Assembly: GCA_029552945.1 (NCBI GenBank)
Contig: JAKPDD010000032.1
Span: 142,377 to 206,376 of the forward strand
Length of the DNA: 64,000 nucleotides
Reading direction: 5' to 3'
Origin: Spirochaetota bacterium
GTDB lineage: Bacteria; Spirochaetota; GWB1-36-13; JAKPDD01
Part shown: one piece after another, positions 50,326 to 60,553 of the stretch
Layout of the letters: each line of letters begins with the position of its first letter
How positions within the stretch are numbered: the stretch's first letter is position 1
Notes under the pieces: model-generated
What the model was told of the DNA's origin: nothing
Database searches by the model: none
The model's input: the letters and a program-made list of their open reading frames with translations, nothing else
Made by a program: the position numbers and the translations under genes

Positions 50326-52161
50326 TTAAAAACCTGCCGAAAGATTGATATAATAGTAATCATCTCTATGAGATATAGGCCCTGCTATTGAAGGTTTTTT
50401 ATCACCAGCCCTGTAACCAAGGTAAAAACCTGCCGGGAATTGGAAAAAGAATGAACTGTAATGTTTTCTTGGTGACAACCTTAAACCTATCCCAAACCCA
50501 TACAACATATTTTCAATAGATACACTTTTATAATCTCTCCAGGCACCACCTGCCTCCGCAAACACAACAAAGGAAAGAGATTCTATAATATTTGTAGGGA
50601 ATCTAAACTCTATTGAAAAATAGGTAGTTGCCTTTGTTATACCAGACATAATATCTTCAATTACCTGTACGTTTGTTCTCATTTTCTTATCAAGACTAAG
50701 GCTTATACTATCATTTTTTTTACTTAAAAGAACATATGTCCTGTTTGTTACTGCAAAAATAAGATTAAACATAGGAGCAGGAAGATAAAACTCTATTATT
50801 GAACCAATTTTATTAGAGAGATTTTTGCCCCAAAACAATTGTGATTCAAATCCTAATTTTAATCCTTGAGTTATAAAAAAATTATCATCCACATTATCCC
50901 AGACTATAAACATACCAGAAGATGTGAGTATTTCAATGTCTCTCTTACTATCTGGCAGTTTTTCATATTTATCATCTACCAAATAACTTATTTTGTAATC
51001 TTCCTGTTGAAAAAGATATAAAAAAATATTTTCCCACAAATTAATGCCACTTGTTAATTTAATAGAATAGTTTTGAATAAGTTTATTGTTTTTTGTATCC
51101 TTTATTTCTTCTATCATATCCTCTTTTTTAAGAGTTAAATCAAAAAATATACCTTTCCAGAAAAATGGATTTGTATACTCAAGAATAAAAACAGGTCTTG
51201 ATAATGCAAGCTCCCAGCCTGCTCCTGCTCTAAATCTTTGAAGTGTGTCAAAAAGAGATATATCATAATATTCAATAGAAGTAATGACCCCTATATTTTT
51301 TGGTGCTGTAATTGTAGTCGCCAATTCTCTAAGATCAAGTTCGTCAACTTTTATTATAAGATCATAGTACGGGCTATCAAAATTTTTCTTAATAAACTTA
51401 AAATATATCTCTCTATAAAATCCCAGTTTTCTAAGTCTTTTATAAGAAAAAAAGAGAAGATCTGAATCCACCCATATATCTGGTTTAAGACCTATATAAT
51501 TTAATAAATCATCATAAGCTATGTTAGTTCCAACCAATTTAATTTCACCTATTCTTATTAAGGGTATATTTTTTATGTATACTACTATTACTGCTTCCTC
51601 TCTTTCATATTCATTAATTATGCTTAAACTTTTGTCTTTCCTTTTTACTATTTTATAATCTATCTCATAAGTAAAAATTCCATATTTTTGATTGTACATA
51701 TTAAAATCATCCAAAGCCTTTTCAATATAGTTTGTACTTATTGGCTTACCTATGATAACATTATTTTTTTTAAAAATATCCATTAATACATTAAGATTAA
51801 GTAATTTATTATCAATAACTTCTATATCGCCAAGTTTTTCATTTTCTACTATATTTATTTCAAGAAAGAATTCTTCGCCTTCTTTATAAAAAAGATATGA
51901 AACATTTTTAAAAAGACCTGATTCTATAATCTTAGCTATACCATTAGTTATTTCATAAACAAACACTTTTGAATCTGGCTTAATTTCAGTTAACTTTATT
52001 ATTTCTTCTTCTCTTAAAGAATCATTACCTTTTATAGTTAAAGACTTTAAAAAAATTTTTTTATTAAGAGAAATTTGAGAAAACTCTAATACTTCCCCCT
52101 TGATTTTAGCTGAATATAAAAAAACAAATGATATCACCAATAATACTCTATATTTTTTCAC
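50326..52161 (-). CDS. Omp85-family outer membrane protein paralog (POTRA plus surface-antigen beta-barrel), 611 aa
   Basis: Signal peptide, POTRA-like segments, a C-terminal barrel with FAEAGGAW...GFGIGLRL, and a terminal Phe. Confidence 0.7.
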   Translation of the reverse strand: MKKYRVLLVISFVFLYSAKIKGEVLEFSQISLNKKIFLKSLTIKGNDSLREEEIIKLTEIKPDSKVFVYEITNGIAKIIESGLFKNVSYLFYKEGEEFFLEINIVENEKLGDIEVIDNKLLNLNVLMDIFKKNNVIIGKPISTNYIEKALDDFNMYNQKYGIFTYEIDYKIVKRKDKSLSIINEYEREEAVIVVYIKNIPLIRIGEIKLVGTNIAYDDLLNYIGLKPDIWVDSDLLFFSYKRLRKLGFYREIYFKFIKKNFDSPYYDLIIKVDELDLRELATTITAPKNIGVITSIEYYDISLFDTLQRFRAGAGWELALSRPVFILEYTNPFFWKGIFFDLTLKKEDMIEEIKDTKNNKLIQNYSIKLTSGINLWENIFLYLFQQEDYKISYLVDDKYEKLPDSKRDIEILTSSGMFIVWDNVDDNFFITQGLKLGFESQLFWGKNLSNKIGSIIEFYLPAPMFNLIFAVTNRTYVLLSKKNDSISLSLDKKMRTNVQVIEDIMSGITKATTYFSIEFRFPTNIIESLSFVVFAEAGGAWRDYKSVSIENMLYGFGIGLRLSPRKHYSSFFFQFPAGFYLGYRAGDKKPSIAGPISHRDDYYYINLSAGF

Positions 52162-52618
52162 ATATCTGTCCTAAACTTTTATTTAAGTAATATAAAATAC
52201 TTTTTCCATCTAATATTATATTAACTCCTAAATAAAAAAGTGGTTCAAGAAAAAATCTTCTATTTTTAATCTCTTTATGAGGTATAAAGAGTCTACTATC
52301 ATTTATATTAACACCTTCCATAAATAGTACATCAATATCTATAATTCTTGGTCCCCATCTAATATTCTCTTCTCGCCCCATATTTTTTTCTATCTCTTTT
52401 ACTTTTTCAAGTACCTGATAAGGATTCATATTTGTTTCACACTTAACCACTGTATTTATAAAAAAGGGCTGGGAAGGACCAATCGGCTCTGTTTCATAAA
52501 AAGGTGCTATTCTTTTTAAATTAAAATATTCTGATAATATTTTTATAGCATCCTTTATATTTTTTTTTCTATCCCCTAAGTTTGAACCAATACCTAAAAA
52601 CAATATTCTATAGTTCAT
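52148..52618 (-). CDS. folK: 2-amino-4-hydroxy-6-hydroxymethyldihydropteridine diphosphokinase
   Basis: ILFLGIGSNLGDR, ETEPIG and WGPRIIDIDVL motifs. Confidence 0.85.
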   Translation of the reverse strand: MNYRILFLGIGSNLGDRKKNIKDAIKILSEYFNLKRIAPFYETEPIGPSQPFFINTVVKCETNMNPYQVLEKVKEIEKNMGREENIRWGPRIIDIDVLFMEGVNINDSRLFIPHKEIKNRRFFLEPLFYLGVNIILDGKSILYYLNKSLGQICEKI

Positions 52619-53414
52619 CTATGTTTGAATATAAAACCTCTAAACTCTTTTTCAATATATTCTTTTTATACTGTAACCAGAGTTTATCAATATTAATTGA
52701 TTTTTCAAGATATTTTTCAATTATTTTTGTTATTTGTACTATAACTTTTTTTGTAATGTCATTTATAGTTGATTCTATTTGTGACAATATTTTTTTATCA
52801 GTTAAAATAATCTTTATTTTTTTTTCTGATAGCTCAACAAAAAAAATCGTTGTATCAGTTTCAAACTTATTTATTGGCTTATCTATTGTAACACCATATT
52901 TTATTTTATAGTTATTTATTACTCTGTTGATCTCATAATTTTCAAGTTCTGCTTTATATTCTATACAATACAAAAAATTTTTAAAAAACTTAAGTTTAAG
53001 ATCTCTAAGCACTGGGTTTATTCTTTTAGGTTCACTTATAGAATAACTTTGAACAGACTTAAAGTTTATATAAAAAAGATTATCTTTACTATAAAACGAG
53101 TAGTCTTTCTCATCTATAATAATATCCTGAAAATCAAAAAAAGTTGAATCATCCAGATATATTCTCTTTTCATCAGGGTCTATATAAATAGCATCATTAT
53201 TTTCTATAACCATCTTAAGATAAAGAAAAAGAGGAACATCCATTTTAAAAGATGTAACACTTTCTTTATCAATTATTATTTTATATAAAAGAAGTTTGTT
53301 TTTAATATTATCAAAACTTTCACCAAGATTGAACTCTTTAAAATACCCTTGTTCAGCAAAACTATTCAGACTCAGTATAAATATAAATATCATAAATAGC
53401 AAACGCATCTTCAT
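52608..53414 (-). CDS. hypothetical secreted protein
   Basis: Signal peptide MKMRLLFMIFIFILSLNSFA; start moved to this internal Met. No motif recognised. Confidence 0.4.
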   Translation of the reverse strand: MKMRLLFMIFIFILSLNSFAEQGYFKEFNLGESFDNIKNKLLLYKIIIDKESVTSFKMDVPLFLYLKMVIENNDAIYIDPDEKRIYLDDSTFFDFQDIIIDEKDYSFYSKDNLFYINFKSVQSYSISEPKRINPVLRDLKLKFFKNFLYCIEYKAELENYEINRVINNYKIKYGVTIDKPINKFETDTTIFFVELSEKKIKIILTDKKILSQIESTINDITKKVIVQITKIIEKYLEKSINIDKLWLQYKKNILKKSLEVLYSNIDEL

Positions 53415-54393
53415 AACCTGCATAAATTTGATCAACATAAAGCATTAATGACTTTGCTTTAATAGGTTTATAAAAAATAATTCCTTTTTGACTTATATCA
53501 TCGACAAAATCAAGCTTATATTTTAAATAATTGAAAGAGGATTTTGTTGAACCTAATGAGTTTTTTGGGGTTAAAGAGAAAAGAAGTGTAGCCTCTTTTA
53601 TTCTATGAAACTTATAGTAATCAATGCTTTTTTCTAATGATCCAAGTGAAAATACAATTGCTTTTATTTTAACTGGCTCTTTTAGTTCTTCACCTCTAAT
53701 ATCCTTTATTATCATTTCAATACTAGGATTTTTATAGTCTCTTGTCCCCCAAAAAGTTGTTGGATCATTATCAAACATATAATCTACCATATTCCTTATT
53801 ATCTTTGTAACGCCATAATTTTCTTTTATCCACTTTCTGTAATTACTCTCTTCCTGTTTCAAAACATCTTCATCTTTTAATAAAGGTTCTTTATTTGTTA
53901 TAACATCTATTGTATTTCTTAATTGTATTTCTTTCAAAGTTCTTTCATTCTTTAATTCTTCAAGTTCGTACAAAGCTAAATATCTAAAATCTGAATAAAA
54001 CTTATCATCTCTTGAAAATATATATTGTACCTTACTTATAGAATCAGCTATAAGTTTTATTTTATCAGGCTCTTCCTCTATCCATATTATAAATTCATTA
54101 ATATTCTCATACTTTAATTGATACTCTTTTATTTCACCTACTTTTTCTTTTTTTACCTTTATTCTTATCTTATTATCTTCTACTTTTTTATATTCCAGAA
54201 TTTTGGTTAAAATTACTAAATTATTATTTTCATAAAAAGCTATTTGGTTAGACTTAAAATTTATATTAAGCGAAATATTGCCACCTTCAAGAAACCATAT
54301 ACCTTCTATATTTCTCTTCTGGCAATAAAAAAGATTAAATACTATAAAAGACAAAATAATAATTTTAAAAAGAGTTTTTATTATATTGTTCAT
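53362..54393 (-). CDS. hypothetical secreted protein with a C-terminal discoidin (F5/8 type C)-like carbohydrate-binding domain
   Basis: Signal/anchor MNNIIKTLFKIIILSFIVFNLFYC. MFDNDPTTFWGT block resembles the F5/8-type-C AfDGDpsTyW motif. Start moved to an internal Met to avoid a 100-nt overlap. Confidence 0.45.
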   Translation of the reverse strand: MNNIIKTLFKIIILSFIVFNLFYCQKRNIEGIWFLEGGNISLNINFKSNQIAFYENNNLVILTKILEYKKVEDNKIRIKVKKEKVGEIKEYQLKYENINEFIIWIEEEPDKIKLIADSISKVQYIFSRDDKFYSDFRYLALYELEELKNERTLKEIQLRNTIDVITNKEPLLKDEDVLKQEESNYRKWIKENYGVTKIIRNMVDYMFDNDPTTFWGTRDYKNPSIEMIIKDIRGEELKEPVKIKAIVFSLGSLEKSIDYYKFHRIKEATLLFSLTPKNSLGSTKSSFNYLKYKLDFVDDISQKGIIFYKPIKAKSLMLYVDQIYAGYEDAFAIYDIYIYTESE

Positions 54394-55525
54394 CTTTAAC
54401 CTCTTGATATAGTTTATAAATAAAAGCCTTATATTTATCACTAATCTTTTGATCTCTTCTTGCACTTATTTTAATAATATCTTCTATTAGCCTGTCAAGT
54501 TTATATTTTTTAAATGGGTAATTACTCCCCCAACTAAAAGGTGGTATAAACTTTGGTACCATACCCCCGCCATAAATGTTTGAAAAAGACCCAATAACTG
54601 AGCCGGAGTTTATAAGAGTACCTATACCCAATCTAGTATAATCCCCTATAAAACAACCCATTTTTATATTTCCAGTATTGATTAATGTATTGTCTATAAA
54701 AACCTTTATATTAGAATAGTTATTCTTCAAATCACTTGTTGTAGCTAAAGCCCCAAAATTAACAAAACTTCCAATATAACTATGTCCTACAAATCCATCA
54801 TGATGTTTATTAGTAAAGTCAAGAAAAACTGATTCCTCAACCTCCCCTGAGATTTTACATACACGCCCTATAAAACACCCTCTTACCTTAGCAGAGTCTA
54901 TTATTGTTTTTTCACCTATAACTGTTGGCCCCTGAATTAAGGATGGACCTATTATCTGAGCATCCTTTTTTATAATTATTGGCCCTTTCCTTGTATCAAA
55001 AAGGTTTAAATCTGTAACCAATGCCCCTTCCTCTATTATAACATTCTCTGGATTGCCTATAAAACTAATTTTAAAGTTATGTCTATTTTTTACTTTTAAT
55101 AATTCAATATCATTTTTTAACATGCCCGGTTGCATTTCTATAAATTGATAGATATACTCAATATATACTCCATAATCATTACTAATTTCAACTCTTTCAT
55201 AATTTTTAAAATACTTATCAAGTTCATCTTTATAATTAAAGATAGATAAGTCTATACCATCAGACTTAAATAAAACAGGAATATTATTTATAGTATATAA
55301 TTTTTTGTTATCTGGAGCTAATCTTTTTAGCCAGCATACAGAACCATTTATAAAGATACCACTGCCCTTGCCAGATTGTAACCTATCAACCTTATCACAT
55401 TTAATTCCATACAATTTTTCTATTCTTTCAAAAAGAGTAAAATAGCCTAGAACAAGGTCAAAAACCGGCTTTGTTTCAGACAAAGGATATTTTTTTACAT
55501 AGTTGAAGTCTTCAAATACTATCAC
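54365..55525 (-). CDS. left-handed beta-helix (hexapeptide-repeat) transferase family protein with an N-terminal domain of unknown function
   Basis: C-terminal half has hexapeptide repeats (GCFIGDYTRLGIGTLINSGSVIGSFSNI); no signal peptide. Confidence 0.5.
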   Translation of the reverse strand: MIVFEDFNYVKKYPLSETKPVFDLVLGYFTLFERIEKLYGIKCDKVDRLQSGKGSGIFINGSVCWLKRLAPDNKKLYTINNIPVLFKSDGIDLSIFNYKDELDKYFKNYERVEISNDYGVYIEYIYQFIEMQPGMLKNDIELLKVKNRHNFKISFIGNPENVIIEEGALVTDLNLFDTRKGPIIIKKDAQIIGPSLIQGPTVIGEKTIIDSAKVRGCFIGRVCKISGEVEESVFLDFTNKHHDGFVGHSYIGSFVNFGALATTSDLKNNYSNIKVFIDNTLINTGNIKMGCFIGDYTRLGIGTLINSGSVIGSFSNIYGGGMVPKFIPPFSWGSNYPFKKYKLDRLIEDIIKISARRDQKISDKYKAFIYKLYQEVKDEQYNKNSF

Positions 55526-55928
55526 TTTTTTCTATTTCCTTTTTAATTTTTTCTATTTTTTTACTAGCATCCCAACTCATTTTATGATTATATTTTTCAA
55601 GTATATTTCTGGACTCCTTATAATTTTCAAGTGATTTTTCCCATTCTTCTTTAAGTTCATAAAATTCTCCTAAAAAAAACAAAGCTATCCCGTAAGAAAG
55701 TTCATTATAATTTTTAAAAATTAATAGAGCTGAGTTTAAAAAATCTAATGCTTTTTTAAACTTGGACTTTTTATAAAGCTCTATCCCTATTAATAAATAG
55801 GAGATAGCTTTATCTCTTTCTTCTATCTCTTTTGGGTTATCAGTATTATACACTATCTCTTTTATCTCAAAACTCTGTTTATTTTCATCTGAAAAAAAGA
55901 TAAAATCTGAACTAATTTCAAAAGCCAT
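55512..55928 (-). CDS. small TPR-like protein
   Basis: 138 aa with two or three TPR-like helical repeats (ALDFLNSALLIF, YGIALFFLGEFYEL). Confidence 0.4.
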   Translation of the reverse strand: MAFEISSDFIFFSDENKQSFEIKEIVYNTDNPKEIEERDKAISYLLIGIELYKKSKFKKALDFLNSALLIFKNYNELSYGIALFFLGEFYELKEEWEKSLENYKESRNILEKYNHKMSWDASKKIEKIKKEIEKSDSI

Positions 55929-56041
55929 TTTATACTCCCTACTTTATTTTAAAAAGTGAAATAGAAAAGTTAATGATAAAATTATAAAATTTTAATATTA
56001 AATTTATCTAAATTAATTTCTTTATTTATAAAGGGTAAAAA

Positions 56042-57583
56042 ATGGAAAAAATATGGATTTTTGATACAACTTTAAGAGATGGTGAACAGGCACCAGGTGC
56101 ATCCATGAGTATTAAAGAAAAGATAGAAGTTGCAAAAGCTTTAGCAAGTATGAAGATAGATATAATAGAAGCTGGATTCCCAGTATCATCACCTGCTCAG
56201 TTTGAAGCATGTAAAGCTATAGCTGACAATATACAAGGTCCAATTATTGCCGGGCTTGCAAGAGCAGTTGAAAAAGATATTAAAGCATGTTACGATGCTT
56301 TAAAAAGTGCACAAAAGTTTAGAATACACACATTTATTGCAACAAGCCCAATACATAGAGAATATAAATTAAAAATGAGTAAGGAAGAGGTAATAAAAAA
56401 TGCTGTTAATGCTGTAAAATATGCAAAAACTTTTACTGATAATATAGAGTTTTCAGCAGAAGATGCTGCAAGAACAGAAAAAGAGTTTTTAGCTGAAGTA
56501 ACTGAAGCAGTTATTGAAGCAGGTGCTGTAGTTGTAAATATACCTGATACTGTGGGATATACAACACCTCAGGAGTTTTTTGAAATAATAAAATACCTTA
56601 AAACACATGTAAAAAATATAGATAAAGCAATACTCTCAGTACACTGCCATAATGACCTTGGGCTTGCTGTCGCAAACTCTCTTGCTGCATGTATAGCAGG
56701 TGCAAGACAGATAGAATGTACAGTAAATGGCATAGGTGAGAGAGCAGGAAATGCTGCTATGGAAGAAATTGTTATGGGACTTTCTGTAAGGCAAGACTTT
56801 TATAATCTATATACTGACATTGATAAGAAAAAAATTTACTCTACAAGTAAACTGGTTTCAAGAATAATAGGTTATCCTATAGCTCCAAATAAGGCAATTA
56901 TTGGTAAAAACGCTTTTGCACATGAATCAGGAATACATCAAGATGGAGTTCTTAAAAATAGATCAACTTATGAAATAATGAAACCAGAAGACATAGGAAG
57001 ATCATCAACCCAGATAGTACTCGGAAGACATTCAGGAAGAGCAGGTTTCAAAGCAAAAATAGAGGAGATGGGTTTTTATCTTAGCAAAGAGAAAATTGAC
57101 GAGCTTTATGAAAAGTTTATTTTAATAGCAGACAAAAAGAAAGAGGTAACAGAAGAAGATATAATATCTATTCTTGGAGACACAGGAGTACTAGAAAAAG
57201 GATATGAAATTCAATATCTTACTGTAGTAAGTGGACAGGAAGTAATCCCTACTGCTACTGTAATGATAAAGAGAGGGGACGAAGAATATAAGGCTGCTGC
57301 AATAGGAGATGGCCCTGTTGATGCAACTTATAAAGCAATTAACAAAGCTTTAAATATTGATAATGTTATACTTGAGGACTTTTTTATTCAATCAGTATCA
57401 GCAGGAAGAGATGCAATAGGCCAGGTAAATGTAAGTATAAAAGTATCTGATACTATTGCTACAGGTGTATATGCTGATACTGATATAATCCTTGCTGCTG
57501 CAAAATCATATCTTAATGCTATAAACAAAATTTTATACAAACAGGGGAGAAAAATAGAATATGATTTTCAAGAAAGGATTTAA
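56042..57583 (+). CDS. leuA: 2-isopropylmalate synthase
   Basis: Collinear with bacterial LeuA: IFDTTLRDGEQAPGASMS, RIHTFIATSPIH, NIPDTVGYTTP, HCHNDLGLAVANSLAA, and a C-terminal LeuA_dimer domain. Confidence 0.9.
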   Translation: MEKIWIFDTTLRDGEQAPGASMSIKEKIEVAKALASMKIDIIEAGFPVSSPAQFEACKAIADNIQGPIIAGLARAVEKDIKACYDALKSAQKFRIHTFIATSPIHREYKLKMSKEEVIKNAVNAVKYAKTFTDNIEFSAEDAARTEKEFLAEVTEAVIEAGAVVVNIPDTVGYTTPQEFFEIIKYLKTHVKNIDKAILSVHCHNDLGLAVANSLAACIAGARQIECTVNGIGERAGNAAMEEIVMGLSVRQDFYNLYTDIDKKKIYSTSKLVSRIIGYPIAPNKAIIGKNAFAHESGIHQDGVLKNRSTYEIMKPEDIGRSSTQIVLGRHSGRAGFKAKIEEMGFYLSKEKIDELYEKFILIADKKKEVTEEDIISILGDTGVLEKGYEIQYLTVVSGQEVIPTATVMIKRGDEEYKAAAIGDGPVDATYKAINKALNIDNVILEDFFIQSVSAGRDAIGQVNVSIKVSDTIATGVYADTDIILAAAKSYLNAINKILYKQGRKIEYDFQERI

Positions 57584-58919
57584 AAAAGGTGGGATACACT
57601 TACCAGAACACAAAGAAGAAACAGAAAATAAACCTTTTGTAAATGGGCCTATACCTAAAAAAGTAAAAATACCTCTACTCCAACACATAGGTAAACCAGC
57701 AATACCTGTTGTAAATATAGGTGACAAGGTTGATGAAGGGCAACTTATAGGCAAAATGGATGGGGAATTCTCAGCAAATGTACATTCCCCAATTATGGGT
57801 AATGTTACAGAAATAGGAGAGATATATACTCCTACAGGAATTAAGTCCAAATATATCGGGATAGAGTTTAGTGGTGGTATAAAAAACTGGAACAAGATAA
57901 ATACAAATTGGGAAAAGTTTAAAGAGAATGAAATACTTGAAATGATTAAAAATTCAGGTATTGTAGGTCTTGGTGGTGCTGCTTTCCCTTCACACATAAA
58001 GTTTAATCCACCAAAACCTATACATACTCTAATAATTAACGGAGCTGAGTGTGAACCATACCTTACTGTAGATGATAGGATTATGCAGGAAAAAGTTGAT
58101 TCCCTTATATTAGGTATAGAGATTTTAAAAAAAATACTTAAACCCAAGAACGTATATATAGGTATCGAAGATAACAAGGTTTCTGCTATTGAAATATTAG
58201 AAAAAAAAATGAATGGTATAGCAGAAGTTGTCACTTTAAAAACAAAATATCCTCAAGGAGGAGAAAAACAACTTATAAATGCTATACTTGGCATAGAAGT
58301 CCCTCGTAATAAACTCCCTTATGATGTAGGTGTAGTTGTTACCAATGTGGGAACTGCTTATTCAGTATATGAGGCAGTAATAAAAGAAAAGCCACTTATT
58401 GAAAGGTTTATAACCATAGCAGGACAGATAGTAAAATGGCCTGGTAACTATAAATTAAAAATTGGGACAATAATAAGAGATATTTTAGAAGATGTCCGTG
58501 TTCTTACTCTACCAAAAAAAGTAATAATAGGCGGTCCTATGATGGGCATTGCTCAATATACTATTGATACTCCAATAATTAAAGGGAGTTCAGGTATATT
58601 GGTATTTTCTGAAGAAGAGATAGAAAAGAAAAAAGAACATCTATGTATAAGATGTGGCAGGTGTCTTAATGTTTGTCCAATTGGACTTTTCCCCTCACTT
58701 ATGTATTCTGAAATATATAGTAATAATATAGACAGAGTAAAAGAAATAGGTATTTTTGATTGTATAGAATGTGGAGCATGTAGCTATATATGCCCATCTC
58801 AAATACCATTAGTAACCTATTTTAAGTCTGCCAAAATTAATTTAAAATATGAAAAATCATACTATCCTAATAAAATACCAGTTGTAAGAAGGTGGAGATA
58901 TGCAAATAAAGAAGAGTAA
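57561..58919 (+). CDS. rnfC: Rnf electron transport complex subunit C
   Basis: GIVGLGGAAFP, LIINGAECEPYLT, and two 4Fe-4S ferredoxin motifs (CIRCGRCLNVCP, CIECGACSYICP). The start overlaps the leuA end by 23 nt. Confidence 0.9.
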   Translation: MIFKKGFKKGGIHLPEHKEETENKPFVNGPIPKKVKIPLLQHIGKPAIPVVNIGDKVDEGQLIGKMDGEFSANVHSPIMGNVTEIGEIYTPTGIKSKYIGIEFSGGIKNWNKINTNWEKFKENEILEMIKNSGIVGLGGAAFPSHIKFNPPKPIHTLIINGAECEPYLTVDDRIMQEKVDSLILGIEILKKILKPKNVYIGIEDNKVSAIEILEKKMNGIAEVVTLKTKYPQGGEKQLINAILGIEVPRNKLPYDVGVVVTNVGTAYSVYEAVIKEKPLIERFITIAGQIVKWPGNYKLKIGTIIRDILEDVRVLTLPKKVIIGGPMMGIAQYTIDTPIIKGSSGILVFSEEEIEKKKEHLCIRCGRCLNVCPIGLFPSLMYSEIYSNNIDRVKEIGIFDCIECGACSYICPSQIPLVTYFKSAKINLKYEKSYYPNKIPVVRRWRYANKEE

Positions 58920-59955
58920 TATACAGAGTAAACTTATTGTTGAACCTGCTCCTCATATTAATCACAGAGATTCTGTACCTAAAATAATGTGGGGAGTTTT
59001 CATAAGCCTTGTACCTTCTGCTGTATGGTCTGTCTATTTTTTTGGTATACCAGCTCTTACAATAATTCTTATTTCTGTAATAACATGTATGATCACTGAG
59101 CTAATATTTAACATACTAAAAAAAACACCTTTAACAATATGGGATGGTAGTGCAGCAGTAACAGGAATACTCTTTGCCTTTACTTTGCCTGCTTATGTGC
59201 CTCTTTATGTACCAATAATAGGAAGCATATTTGCTATAGCTGTAGTAAAACAACTATTTGGAGGGCTAGGTTATAATATTATGAATCCTGCTCTTGCTGC
59301 AAGGGTATTTGTAATGTTTTCATGGCCAACACTACTTACCGCAAACAAGTATTTTTTACCTACAACTTCCCCTGAATCATTAGGAATAAACTTTAATATT
59401 ATATCAGGTGCAACTCCTATGCATCTATTAAAAGAAGTTGTACACACTGGTAAAATAGATAACTATTATGATGCATGGTCTCTTATTCTAGGGAAAACAC
59501 CTGGTGCTATCGGTGAGGTCTCAGTATTATTTTTAACAATAGGGGCTTTATATCTTTTTAAGAAAAAATATATAACTTATCACATACCTTTAAGTTTCAT
59601 ATTAACAGTAGTAATTTTAACATTCATATATGGGCTAGCAAGAGGTATCAGTATTAATCCTGAGTATAGTTTATTGAAAAACTCTCTCCTTTACTCATAT
59701 CTTCATATAATAAGTGGGGGTCTTATACTTGGTGCCTTTTTTATGTCAACAGATATGGTTACAACACCACTTACCAAAAAAGGAGAATTAATTGTAGGAG
59801 TTGGTTTAGGTATTTTAACCTTTATAATAAGAATTTTTGGTTCATATCCAGAAGGGGTCATGTTCTCAATCCTCTTAATGGAACTTGTAGTACCATTAAT
59901 AGACAGAAGTATTAAACCTAAAATATATGGTTGGGGTAAATATGAAACAAAATAA
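58900..59955 (+). CDS. rnfD: Rnf complex subunit D
   Basis: Polytopic membrane protein with the NqrB/RnfD conserved core (FFMSTDMVTTP); GGTGGAG RBS. Confidence 0.85.
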   Translation: MQIKKSNIQSKLIVEPAPHINHRDSVPKIMWGVFISLVPSAVWSVYFFGIPALTIILISVITCMITELIFNILKKTPLTIWDGSAAVTGILFAFTLPAYVPLYVPIIGSIFAIAVVKQLFGGLGYNIMNPALAARVFVMFSWPTLLTANKYFLPTTSPESLGINFNIISGATPMHLLKEVVHTGKIDNYYDAWSLILGKTPGAIGEVSVLFLTIGALYLFKKKYITYHIPLSFILTVVILTFIYGLARGISINPEYSLLKNSLLYSYLHIISGGLILGAFFMSTDMVTTPLTKKGELIVGVGLGILTFIIRIFGSYPEGVMFSILLMELVVPLIDRSIKPKIYGWGKYETK

Positions 59956-60541
59956 TTATATACTTATTATTATCTCATTTTTATCCGGTCTTCTAATAAG
60001 TGGTTTTTATTATTTTCTTTTTGATAAGATAGAGACTGTAAAAAAAGAAACACGTATTCAGCTTCAAAAGTCTTTTTTCCCCGAAGCTCAATTTTTTGAA
60101 GAAGTTAACAAAGATACTATAATAGTAAAAGATAAAAATAATGATATAATTGGTTATGTAGTTTATGGTTCAAGTAATAAAGGATACGGCGGTAATATTA
60201 ATGTAATAGTTGCATTCGATAATAATGGGAATATAAAAGACTTTTTGATGATTGAACACAACGAAACACCAGGTCTAGGTACTAACGTCAATAAAGAATA
60301 TTTTAGAAAAGGTTTTATCGGAAAACCACCTTTAAAAGAAGAACTCCCCTTATCAAAAGACGAGTTTATAACAAAATTAGGAATATATCCTGTAAGTGGT
60401 GCAACTTATTCTTCACTTGCGGTCTCTTACGCTTTAATAGATGCAGGGATAAAACTCTTTAAAAAAGATTATGGTGAAGACAATACCCTATCAGAAGAAT
60501 ATAACGAATGGGATGATATTTTCTTTTTTATGAATAATTAA
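59942..60541 (+). CDS. rnfG: Rnf complex subunit G (FMN-binding)
   Basis: N-terminal TM helix and an FMN-binding domain with YPVSGATYSS (covalent FMN attachment Thr motif). Start moved to the ATG at 59942, which has a GGGG RBS. Confidence 0.8.
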   Translation: MKQNNYILIIISFLSGLLISGFYYFLFDKIETVKKETRIQLQKSFFPEAQFFEEVNKDTIIVKDKNNDIIGYVVYGSSNKGYGGNINVIVAFDNNGNIKDFLMIEHNETPGLGTNVNKEYFRKGFIGKPPLKEELPLSKDEFITKLGIYPVSGATYSSLAVSYALIDAGIKLFKKDYGEDNTLSEEYNEWDDIFFFMNN

Positions 60542-60553
60542 GAGGTGTATATT

